A stretch of DNA of 45,386 nt from Xanthobacteraceae bacterium (GTDB lineage: Bacteria; Pseudomonadota; Alphaproteobacteria; Rhizobiales; Xanthobacteraceae). Shown one piece after another: positions 25,476-33,022 of the stretch (positions within the stretch are counted from its first letter, which is position 1; each line of letters opens with the position of its first letter). The stretch is from contig JBQCCX010000068.1 in assembly GCA_051961815.1 (NCBI GenBank), positions 1-45,386 of the forward strand, written 5' to 3'. Made by a program: the position numbers and the translations under genes. The notes beneath the pieces were generated by a model. That model made no database searches. It was not told the origin of the DNA and was given only the letters and a program-made list of their open reading frames with translations.

Positions 25476-25661
25476 CGCGCTCTCCAAAATCCGTTGCGGC
25501 AATCTGGCATGCGCAGTCGGCGGCCAGCAACCGGTCTCGATGAATTGCAGCGATCGGCTGTGTCGGCGACATCCCAGGCGCATATCGCGTTGATCTAGAT
25601 CAAGGCGGCCGGTGCGACCGGCCCGTAGCTTTGCTTGCAACGTAAGCCGCGAGGGAGCTCG

Positions 25662-26000
25662 ATGCAGCAGGATATTCCCGGCACGACGCTGTTCGATGGC
25701 GACCAGGCGCAAAAGGGGTTTGCGCTCAATCGCATGTGCTTTTCCTTCAACAAGGCCGAAAACCGTGCCGCATTTTTGCGCGACGAGGAAGCCTACTGCC
25801 GAAAATTCGGCCTAAGCGACGAGCAGTGCGCCGCGGTCAAGAGCCGCAGCGTGCTGCGCATGATCGCCGCCGGCGGCAACATTTACTATCTCGCCAAGCT
25901 CGCCGGAATTTTCGGCCTCAACGTCCAGGACATCGGCGCTCAGCAGACCGATATGAGCGTTGAGGATTTCAAAGCGAAGCTCGTCGCCGCGAGGAGGTAA
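25662..26000 (+). CDS. ligA: LigA-type alpha subunit of a class III extradiol ring-cleavage dioxygenase (protocatechuate 4,5-dioxygenase family)
   Basis: The ATG at 25662 follows gagggag; the track start at 25635 is a TTG. ...LNRMCFSFNKAENRAAFLRDEEAYCRKFGLSDEQCAAVKSRSVLRMIAAGGNIYYLAKL... is collinear with the LigA sequence as I recall it. A LigB gene follows 2 nt later. Confidence 0.75.
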   Translation: MQQDIPGTTLFDGDQAQKGFALNRMCFSFNKAENRAAFLRDEEAYCRKFGLSDEQCAAVKSRSVLRMIAAGGNIYYLAKLAGIFGLNVQDIGAQQTDMSVEDFKAKLVAARR

Positions 26001-26002
26001 GA

Positions 26003-26863
26003 ATGGCTGTGATCATCGGCGGTGTCGGCACCACCCATGTGCCCTCGATCGGCAAGGCCATCGCCGAGCGCAAACACAAAGACCCGTATTGGAGTCCATT
26101 CTTCAAGGGCTTCGATTACGTGCACTCCTGGCTTGCCCGCGAAAAGCCCGATGTCGCCGTGGTGTTCTATAACGACCACGGGCTCAACTTCTTCCTCGAC
26201 AAAATGCCGACATTCGCGGTCGGCGCGGCTGCGCTCTATCGCAACGAGGATGAGGGCTGGGGTATTCCGGTCGCCCGCGCAATTCACGGCGATGCCGCTC
26301 TGTCTTGGCATCTCATCAATGCGCTGGTTGCCGACGAATTCGACATTACGATGTGCCAGGAGATGCTGGTCGACCACGCCGTGACCATCCCGATGGCGTT
26401 GATGTGGCCGGGCGAAAACTGGCCGATCCGGATCGTGCCGGTCGCGATCAACACTGTGCAGCATCCGCTGCCTTCGCCCAAGCGCTGCCTCAACCTCGGT
26501 CGCGCGATCGGCCGGGCGATCGAAGCTTATGCCGGCAACTTGCGCGTCATGATCGTCGGAACTGGCGGCCTGTCGCATCAGCTCGATGGCAAACGCGCCG
26601 GCTTCATCAATACCGAGTTCGATCAGTTTTGCCTGGACAAGATCGTCCACCAACCGGACATGCTGGCGCGGCTGTCGATCCACAACCTAGTCGAGGAAGC
26701 GGGCGCGCAAGGCGTCGAATTTCTCAACTGGATGGCGATGCGCGGCGCGCTCACCGGAGCGGTTTCCGAACTGCACCGCAATTATCACGTTCCGATCTCC
26801 AATACCGCCGCCGCGACGGTGGTGTTGGGGAACCGCGGGGTCGCACGGCGTGAAGCCGCGTAA
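26003..26863 (+). CDS. ligB: LigB-type catalytic beta subunit of a class III extradiol dioxygenase (protocatechuate 4,5-/gallate-dioxygenase family)
   Basis: Collinear with Sphingobium LigB as I recall it: GVGTTHVPSIG, VVFYNDHGLNFF, MPTFAVG, EDEGWG, VDHAVTIP, GTGGLSHQL, EFLNWMAMRGAL. Confidence 0.85.
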   Translation: MAVIIGGVGTTHVPSIGKAIAERKHKDPYWSPFFKGFDYVHSWLAREKPDVAVVFYNDHGLNFFLDKMPTFAVGAAALYRNEDEGWGIPVARAIHGDAALSWHLINALVADEFDITMCQEMLVDHAVTIPMALMWPGENWPIRIVPVAINTVQHPLPSPKRCLNLGRAIGRAIEAYAGNLRVMIVGTGGLSHQLDGKRAGFINTEFDQFCLDKIVHQPDMLARLSIHNLVEEAGAQGVEFLNWMAMRGALTGAVSELHRNYHVPISNTAAATVVLGNRGVARREAA

Positions 26864-27085
26864 ACGGCAAATTTAGTCGGGCAGTAAGAAGTTCGCCCAC
26901 GAACACGATCTAACCCTGCACGAACGCGTTGACCGACTAGCGCGCTCGCGACAGCCGATATCCGCCGCACTGGGCCTCGCGGGCGAAATGCACTGCGCGG
27001 GATCGCACTTATCCACAAGCCGCCTTGACCCATTGCCGATCCGCCGAGCAAGTTCGGGGTTCTGCTCACTCTCGGCAGGCAGGCC

Positions 27086-27421
27086 ATGGCTGATCACATA
27101 GCGGCGGCGCAGCGTTATCGTGCTCGGGCGACAAAATGCGAGTTGTCGGCCAAAAGCACCTCGTCAGCCAAGTTCGGCGAATGTTATCGGCTGCTGGCGC
27201 AGCACTATATGGTGCTTGCCAATCTGGAAGAGGATTGCGCGCACCGGACGTCGCCTTTCGCTCGGCAAGACGAAAAGACCCATGAACGAGCGCCGGTTCG
27301 GTCGGTCGCAGCCCGGATGTTTGCAGTGCGGCAATTGCAGATGACGGCGCCATCCACCGAGACCGTGTCAACGCCCCCCATGTCCGTAGTCGCGATCCCG
27401 GCTGCTGAATTCGGCCGTTAG
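27086..27421 (+). CDS. Hypothetical small protein (111 aa)
   Basis: ATG start. Third-position GC is elevated by my hand count. The N-terminal half (MADHIAAAQRYRARATKCELSAKSTSSAKFGECYRLLAQHYMVLANLEED) resembles short helical orphan proteins common in rhizobial genomes. No motif is recognised. Confidence 0.35.
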   Translation: MADHIAAAQRYRARATKCELSAKSTSSAKFGECYRLLAQHYMVLANLEEDCAHRTSPFARQDEKTHERAPVRSVAARMFAVRQLQMTAPSTETVSTPPMSVVAIPAAEFGR

Positions 27422-27514
27422 GCCCCGCGCCGGCGGTTCCGGTTTTTGCCACCGCAGGGGAACCGCGCGCTGTCCGGCACCGCACCGCACAGCAAGGCAG
27501 TTGCCAGCGATCCG

Positions 27515-27530
27515 AATATTTCGAAATATT
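27515..27530. promoter_or_regulatory. Perfect 16-bp AT-rich palindrome AATATTTCGAAATATT; candidate operator upstream of the YeiH-like transporter gene
   Basis: Read directly. It lies ~130 nt upstream of the 27663 start. It is flanked by GC-rich dyads (ccgcgcgggtgcgcgcgg). Confidence 0.3.
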
Positions 27531-27662
27531 ATTCCGCGCGGGTGCGCGCGGATAAGATACGCGCGCTAAGGATCGCCCACAAAAAGAAAACATAACTGAG
27601 CGGCAAACTGGCATGCTTGCGCATGGGTCGTAATTGCAAATGACAGAGCGTGAGGCCAGACG

Positions 27663-29060
27663 ATGACGAATGTGGGATCATTGAACACAAGCCGCGACGA
27701 CGCGGCAAAGCTCGAGCGCCGGGGCTGGAGCGAGCTTTATCTGAAAGAAGACTGGTGGGCGGTCTGGCTCGGCTTGGCGCTGATGGTCTTCGCCATTGTT
27801 CTGTTCCAGGCGGGCAGCAGCAACATTATCAAGGCGCTCGCCATCAATCCCGGCGGCCTCAAATGGACCACGTTCGGCCAGCTCGGCGGTCACTTTGCGC
27901 AAAACGCGTTGCTTTATCTTTATCAGTTCCTGTTCTGGCTGGTGTTATTCGGAGCGACGACCGCAATCATGGGCGTCAAGCTCAAAGAGTTCGTGCCCGC
28001 GTTTATTTTCCTTTATGTCGGCTCGCTGCTGATGTTCGCGATCGCCGGCTGGGCCAACGCGGCGCAGTTCAATCTTGAGGCGCCGCTGGTCGCGCTGATC
28101 GTCGGGCTCGTCATTGCCAACGTGTTTCGTCTGCCGGCCTGGATGGATAGCGCGTTCCGCGTCGAATATTACATCAAGACCGGCATCGTTCTGCTCGGCG
28201 CCACTTTTCCGATCGCGCTCGTGCTCACCGCCGGCCCGGTCGCCATCGTCCAGGCGACGATCATCTCGCTCGTGACCTGCCTGGTGATCTATTTTGTCGC
28301 TACGCGCGTGTTCGGCCTGGAAAAAACGCTGGCTGCGGTGATGGGCGTCGGCGGTGCGGTCTGCGGCGTATCCGCCTCGATGGCGATCGCGGCGTCCGTC
28401 AATGCCAAGAAGGATCATCTCTACACCTCGGTGACGCTCGTCGTCGGCTGGGCGCTGGTGATGATCGTGGTGCTGCCGTTTGTGTCGCGGGCGCTCGATT
28501 TGCCCGCCGGGGTCGCCGGCGCCTGGATCGGCACTTCGGAATTCGCCGACGCCGCCGGATTCGCCGCCGCCACCACTTACGGCAAGATGGTTGGCAACGA
28601 GGACGCGGCGATCAAATCGTTCACCTTGATGAAGGTGATCGGCCGCGACCTGTGGATCGGCATCTGGTCGGTCGTGTTCGCCGCGATCGCCGCTTTCGTC
28701 TGGGAAAAGGGACAGACCGGCCGCGTGCCCGACGCGCGCGAAATCTGGTGGCGATTCCCGAAATTCGTCATCGGGTTTTTCGCCGCCTCGATCCTGATGA
28801 GCGCTTTTACAAGCGGCTTTGCGACCGCCGATTTCAACGGCACGGTGCGGCCCAACGTGATTGCGCCGCTGGTCTCGCTGCGGACCTGGACCTTCATCTT
28901 CTGCTTTCTCTCGATCGGCCTGACGACGCGGTTTCGCGATTTGCACATCGTCGGCTGGAAAGCGTTCTGGTCCTTCAGCATTGGCGTCGCCGCCAATGTC
29001 GTCCTCGGTTACATTCTGTCGGTGATCGTCTTTGGCGACTACTGGGCCGCTATCCACTAG
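27663..29060 (+). CDS. YeiH/UPF0324-family ('putative sulfate exporter') polytopic membrane protein
   Basis: 465 aa with ~11-12 hydrophobic segments. Typical stretches include ...PLVALIVGLVIANVF..., ...YIKTGIVLLGATF..., ...MGVGGAVCGVSASMAIAASV... and ...KMVGNEDAAIKSFTLMKVIGRDLWIG.... Confidence 0.7.
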   Translation: MTNVGSLNTSRDDAAKLERRGWSELYLKEDWWAVWLGLALMVFAIVLFQAGSSNIIKALAINPGGLKWTTFGQLGGHFAQNALLYLYQFLFWLVLFGATTAIMGVKLKEFVPAFIFLYVGSLLMFAIAGWANAAQFNLEAPLVALIVGLVIANVFRLPAWMDSAFRVEYYIKTGIVLLGATFPIALVLTAGPVAIVQATIISLVTCLVIYFVATRVFGLEKTLAAVMGVGGAVCGVSASMAIAASVNAKKDHLYTSVTLVVGWALVMIVVLPFVSRALDLPAGVAGAWIGTSEFADAAGFAAATTYGKMVGNEDAAIKSFTLMKVIGRDLWIGIWSVVFAAIAAFVWEKGQTGRVPDAREIWWRFPKFVIGFFAASILMSAFTSGFATADFNGTVRPNVIAPLVSLRTWTFIFCFLSIGLTTRFRDLHIVGWKAFWSFSIGVAANVVLGYILSVIVFGDYWAAIH

Positions 29061-29162
29061 AGCATGATCCCGAAAAGTGGATACCGGTTTTCGGACCAGA
29101 TCATGCTCAAAAAACAAGCTAAAGCGAAATTCCGATTCAACCAAAAATCATTTCGCTTTAGC
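29061..29162 (+). repeat. Two-module REP-like element (AGCATGATCCCGAAAAGTGG...GATCATGCT + ctaaagcgaaat...atttcgctttag)
   Basis: It begins 1 nt after the TAG stop at 29058-29060. Both hairpins are read directly. Same family as 32876..32992 and 8555..8668. Confidence 0.85.
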
Positions 29163-29171
29163 GAGCCCGGC

Positions 29172-29360
29172 GTGGCGCGCTGCGCGGGGTGCCGGTTCTT
29201 TACCGGTGCACCCGCCGCGCTCGAGCACGCGATACCCGGTCTCAATATTCTCAGCTCGGCCTACGGTTCGGTGCGCGGCGATACCGGGCTGTGCCAGCGG
29301 CACGAAGTTTTCGTAACCGCGCGCAGCGCGGCGTGCCCGCAGTTTGAATCCAACGGTTGA
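29172..29360 (+). CDS. Possible 62-aa four-cysteine protein (CxxC ... C-x3-H ... C)
   Basis: The GTG at 29172 is the first start codon after the REP element. It reads VARCAGCRFFTGAPAALEHAIPGLNILSSAYGSVRGDTGLCQRHEVFVTARSAACPQFESNG. My hand count of third-position G+C is 47 of 62 codons. There is no convincing SD. Confidence 0.35.
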   Translation: MARCAGCRFFTGAPAALEHAIPGLNILSSAYGSVRGDTGLCQRHEVFVTARSAACPQFESNG

Positions 29361-29379
29361 TTTCGCGAGCGACCGGCCG

Positions 29380-30288
29380 CTACTTTAGAAAATCCTCGAT
29401 CAGCTTGATCGTCGCCGCAGGATTTTCCTCCATCACCCAGTGACCGGAATTGGGAACGACAGCGGTTTGCACATTGGTTGCCGCGGCGTGCATCACCGTG
29501 CCCATCATCGGCCCAAAGGATTTCTCGCCGCCGATTGCGAGCACCGGCATGGTCAGCATGCCCTTCGCCAGGAAAGCTTTGTTGTCGATGGCGTCCTGGT
29601 CGAATGCCTTGAACTGCTCGAAACCGGCGTGCATTGCGCCGGCCGCCGCGTAGAGATTGGCGTAGTGCGCCCGCGAGGCCTCGTCGAATTTCTTGGGATC
29701 GGCCGAGAATTCAGTCCAGAACCGATCGAGATAAATGCGCTCCCGGCCCTTCACCAGCCGCTCGGCGTCGGGACCGTAGAATGAAAAATGCCACAAAGCG
29801 TGGCTGCGGACGATGTCGTCCCACGGACCGACACCCGGCAGCGGCGCGTCGATGATCACAAACTTTTTGACCCGCTCCGGATGCTGCGCAGCGAACGCAT
29901 AGCCGACCATGTTACCGATGTCGTGGGTCACAAGATCGACCTTATCGACCTTGAGGGAATCGAGCACGCCGGCCACGTCTTGCGCTTGAGTCTTTTTGTC
30001 ATAGCCGCCGGCCGGCCGCGACGACAATCCAAGGCCGCGCAGGTCGGGCACGATCACGAAATGATCGCGCACGAGCTCGGCGGCAAGCGGCGCCCACATA
30101 TCGCCGGTTTCGCCATAGCCGTGGAGCAAGATGACAGCGGGGCCGGCGCCGCCGACGCGCACATAGATCTGCGTGCCGTTGGCGACGATATTCATCGTTC
30201 CGAAGCTCGCCGGGTAGGGTTGCACGGCTGCGAGTGCGGATGCGCTCAGCAAAAAGCCAACTGACATGGCGGCGGCGAAGTTTCGCAT
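29380..30288 (-). CDS. Secreted alpha/beta-fold hydrolase, Asp-nucleophile (epoxide hydrolase / haloalkane dehalogenase-like) type
   Basis: Signal peptide MRNFAAAMSVGFLLSASALAA, HG motif ILLHGYGETGDMW, nucleophile elbow LVTHDIGNMVGY, C-terminal ...VPNSGHWVMEENP (His). Confidence 0.8.
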   Translation of the reverse strand: MRNFAAAMSVGFLLSASALAAVQPYPASFGTMNIVANGTQIYVRVGGAGPAVILLHGYGETGDMWAPLAAELVRDHFVIVPDLRGLGLSSRPAGGYDKKTQAQDVAGVLDSLKVDKVDLVTHDIGNMVGYAFAAQHPERVKKFVIIDAPLPGVGPWDDIVRSHALWHFSFYGPDAERLVKGRERIYLDRFWTEFSADPKKFDEASRAHYANLYAAAGAMHAGFEQFKAFDQDAIDNKAFLAKGMLTMPVLAIGGEKSFGPMMGTVMHAAATNVQTAVVPNSGHWVMEENPAATIKLIEDFLK

Positions 30289-30339
30289 CGTGACCCTCCC
30301 GAAATACTGCCGACGGAGATGTGGCGCTGACGGTGGAGT

Positions 30340-31335
30340 TTATGGTCGCAGCACGATCTTTGCTGCGGCGGTGCGGCCGGCGTCGATGTCCTGGAACGCT
30401 CGCGGACCTTCGGCAAGGGGCCGTTGCTCGATCCAGTCGAGCGCTCCGAGCCGGCCCGCGGCGATGGCTTCGAGAGTTTGCCGGAATTCCAGCGGCGTAT
30501 AGCAATAGGTGCCGGCAACGACGATCTCCTGCAGCGTGATCTTGCGCACGTCGAAGCCCTCCGAGCCCGGCAACAGGCCGACGTGAACGATGACACCGCC
30601 CGGCTTGATCAACCGACTGGCCGCGGCGCGCGTCGCCACCGCGCCAACCGCGTCGATGACGAGATCCATCGACAATTTGGCCGGCTCATCCCGCTCGCCG
30701 GGTGCGTAGCATTGGAACGGTCCCGCCGCTGTCGCAGTCCGCCGCCGCGCCGCATTCGGCTCCCCGATATGAATGTCGGCGGCGCCGTGCATCGCCAAGA
30801 CCAATGCGCAGGCGAGCCCGATGCCGCCGCCGCCGATCACGGCGCAGCGGCTCGCCGCGAGCGGGCGCGCCAGCAAGCGCGCCGCCAAATTTGCCGCGTG
30901 ATAGGCGACCGCAAGCGGTTCCGTCAGCGCCGCCTTGGCGCTGTCGAGGCCGTCGGGAATCTTGATGGCATTGGGCTGCGGCACGCGTACCAGTTCGGCA
31001 AAAGCCCCCGCCCGCGGCGGCACGGAAAGGAGCTGCCGCGACGGACAAAGATGCGGCCGGCCCTCCAGGCACCAGTCGCAAACGCCGCAAGGTACGAGTG
31101 GATTGACAGCGACGCGGGCGCCGCGGTCCGGGCCGCTAACGATCACGCCGGCGGCTTCGTGCCCGAGCACAAAAGGCGGCGGACGGCGCGAATCGTGGCC
31201 GTGATAGGCATGCATATCGGAGCCGCAGATCCCCACCGCCTCGACGCGCACCAGGACCTCGTCGTTGCCGGGCGTCGGTTCCGGTTCGTCGCGGCACAAC
31301 AAAACATGCGGCTCGGTATAGACCAGCGCTTTCAT
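30340..31335 (-). CDS. Zn-dependent medium-chain dehydrogenase (sorbitol/threonine dehydrogenase-like)
   Basis: GICGSDMHAYHG, LGHEAAGVI, structural-Zn Cys cluster PCGVCDWCLEGRPHLC, Rossmann VIGGGGIGL. Confidence 0.85.
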   Translation of the reverse strand: MKALVYTEPHVLLCRDEPEPTPGNDEVLVRVEAVGICGSDMHAYHGHDSRRPPPFVLGHEAAGVIVSGPDRGARVAVNPLVPCGVCDWCLEGRPHLCPSRQLLSVPPRAGAFAELVRVPQPNAIKIPDGLDSAKAALTEPLAVAYHAANLAARLLARPLAASRCAVIGGGGIGLACALVLAMHGAADIHIGEPNAARRRTATAAGPFQCYAPGERDEPAKLSMDLVIDAVGAVATRAAASRLIKPGGVIVHVGLLPGSEGFDVRKITLQEIVVAGTYCYTPLEFRQTLEAIAAGRLGALDWIEQRPLAEGPRAFQDIDAGRTAAAKIVLRP

Positions 31336-31360
31336 CGGGCTTTCATCGGGCTTTCATGGC
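31328..31360. repeat. Three tandem copies of an 11-bp unit containing the start codon (minus strand: ccATGAAAGCC cgATGAAAGCC cgATGAAAGCG)
   Basis: Read directly. The ATGs (as cat on the + strand) are at 31355-57, 31344-46 and 31333-35. Confidence 0.9.
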
Positions 31361-31531
31361 TTCGCTTTGCGTTCAATCGGAGGCCGGCGCGATCTTAGCA
31401 GAGCGCAATGCAGGCATGAAACGGACCTAAAAAAGTTTTTGCCGCTGTGGCCGATGCCCTGCCCTGCGGTCGCAAAAGCCGGTCCATGCGGCTAGAGTGA
31501 GGCACGACGAATTCGCCAGCACGGACGAGCA

Positions 31532-32875
31532 ATGACCGGTCGGCAACCTTCATCGTCGCCAAAAATCACCGAAATGCTGGTCGTGCCGGTGGCCGGGCAC
31601 GATGACATGTTGCTCAATCTGTCCGGCGCGCATGCGCCGTTTTTCACGCGCAATGTTGTTATTCTTCACGACAATGCCGGCCGCAGCGGCGTCGGTGAAG
31701 TGCCGGGCGGCGAGCCAATCAGACGCACATTGGAGGATGCCAGATCGTTGGTGATCGGCCGCGAGATCGGCGCCTATAATGACATTCTCAACACGATGCG
31801 CAGCCGCTTCGCCGACCGCGATAGCGGCGGACGCGGGCTGCAGACATTCGATCAGCGCGTCGCCATTCACGCCGTCACCGCGGTCGAGGCCGCGCTGCTC
31901 GATTTGCTGGGCCAAATGCTCGGCGTGTCGGTCGCGGCGCTCCTCGGCGAAGGCCAGCAACGCAGCGCGGTCAAGATGCTCGGCTATCTGTTTTTCGTCG
32001 GCGATCGTAACAAGACCGACCTGCCCTATCCCGCCGAGCCAAACGCCAACACCGATTGGTTTCGCCTGCGCCATGACGAGGCTTTGACGACCGAAGCCAT
32101 CGTGCGCCTCGCCGAAGCCGCTTATGCGCATTATGGGTTTGAGGATTTCAAGCTCAAAGGCGGCGTGCTTGCGGGCTCGCAAGAAATCGAAACCGTCACC
32201 GCGCTCGCCGAGCGCTTTCCGCAAGCGCGCATCACCTTGGATCCGAACGGCGCGTGGTCGCTTGAGGAGGCAATCCGGCTGTGCCGCGACATGCACGGCG
32301 TGCTGGCCTATGCCGAGGATCCATGCGGCGCCGAGCGCGGCTATTCGGGCCGCGAGGTCATGGCCGAGTTCCGGCGCGCGACGGGCCTGCCGACCGCCAC
32401 CAACATGATCGCCACCGACTGGCGGCAGATGGGCCACGCGATCATCTTGCAGTCGGTCGACATTCCGCTCGCCGATCCGCATTTCTGGACCATGCAGGGC
32501 GCCGTCCGTGTCGCGCAGATTTGCCGCGATTGGGGCCTGACCTGGGGATCGCATTCCAACAATCACTTCGACATTTCGCTGGCGATGTTCACGCATGTCG
32601 CCGCCGCGGCGCCGGGCCGGATCACGGCAATCGACACGCACTGGATTTGGCAGGACGGCCAGCGCTTGACCAAAGAGCCGCTTGCGATCCGCGGCGGCAT
32701 GGTCGCGGTGCCGGAGCGCCCGGGGCTCGGGATCGAGATCGATCTTGAGCAAATCGAGCGCGCGCACAAACTCTACCAATCGCACGGTCTCGGCGCGCGC
32801 GACGATGCGATAGCAATGCAGTACCTTATTCCCGGCTGGGCCTTCGACAACAAGAAGCCTTGTCTCGTGCGCTAA
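31532..32875 (+). CDS. gudD: D-glucarate dehydratase (enolase superfamily)
   Basis: Near end-to-end collinearity with E. coli GudD as I recall it: [127 protein letters not shown]. Confidence 0.95.
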   Translation: MTGRQPSSSPKITEMLVVPVAGHDDMLLNLSGAHAPFFTRNVVILHDNAGRSGVGEVPGGEPIRRTLEDARSLVIGREIGAYNDILNTMRSRFADRDSGGRGLQTFDQRVAIHAVTAVEAALLDLLGQMLGVSVAALLGEGQQRSAVKMLGYLFFVGDRNKTDLPYPAEPNANTDWFRLRHDEALTTEAIVRLAEAAYAHYGFEDFKLKGGVLAGSQEIETVTALAERFPQARITLDPNGAWSLEEAIRLCRDMHGVLAYAEDPCGAERGYSGREVMAEFRRATGLPTATNMIATDWRQMGHAIILQSVDIPLADPHFWTMQGAVRVAQICRDWGLTWGSHSNNHFDISLAMFTHVAAAAPGRITAIDTHWIWQDGQRLTKEPLAIRGGMVAVPERPGLGIEIDLEQIERAHKLYQSHGLGARDDAIAMQYLIPGWAFDNKKPCLVR

Positions 32876-32992
32876 AGCATGATCCCGAAACAGCTTGCCC
32901 CCGGACAGCGATCCGAGGGTGGACGCCGGAAAAGATCATGCTCAAACAAAAACTAAAGCGAATAGCATCAATCAAAGATGATTTCGCTTTAG
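32876..32992 (+). repeat. Two-module REP-like element (AGCATGATCCCGAAACAG...AAGATCATGCT + ctaaagcgaatag...gatttcgctttag)
   Basis: It begins 1 nt after the gudD TAA stop (32873-32875). Same family and orientation as 29061..29162. Confidence 0.85.
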
Positions 32993-33022
32993 TCGGTGCG
33001 CGTGGCGCGGCAGGAGCGAACG

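Noticed and set aside
20607-25598. Long + strand ORFs (20607-21296, 21306-22475, 23430-24149, 24192-25598) opposite the sugar ABC operon and the dehydrogenase
   Set aside because: All are antisense to genes with clear family motifs. Their translations are Arg/Asp/His-rich with no recognisable domains.
27609-27620. tggcatgcttgc resembling a sigma-54 -24/-12 promoter upstream of the YeiH-like gene
   Set aside because: The GG-to-GC spacing is about 3 nt too short compared with TGGCAC-N5-TTGC.
29064-29360. ORFs starting 'MIPKSG(Y/N)RF...' (29064-29360 +, 8619-8822 -) and 'HDPEKWIPVF' style peptides
   Set aside because: The ATG and the first ~30 codons lie inside REP-like palindromic elements that recur at other loci. 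Only the part downstream of the repeat (29172-29360) was kept, as a low-confidence micro-ORF.
3213-32992. Possibility that the recurring repeats form a CRISPR array or mark a mobile element
   Set aside because: The repeats are long palindromes of several unrelated families, scattered singly at gene 3' ends. They are not short direct repeats with regular unique spacers. No cas, transposase or integrase gene was found, and I did not see target-site duplications.
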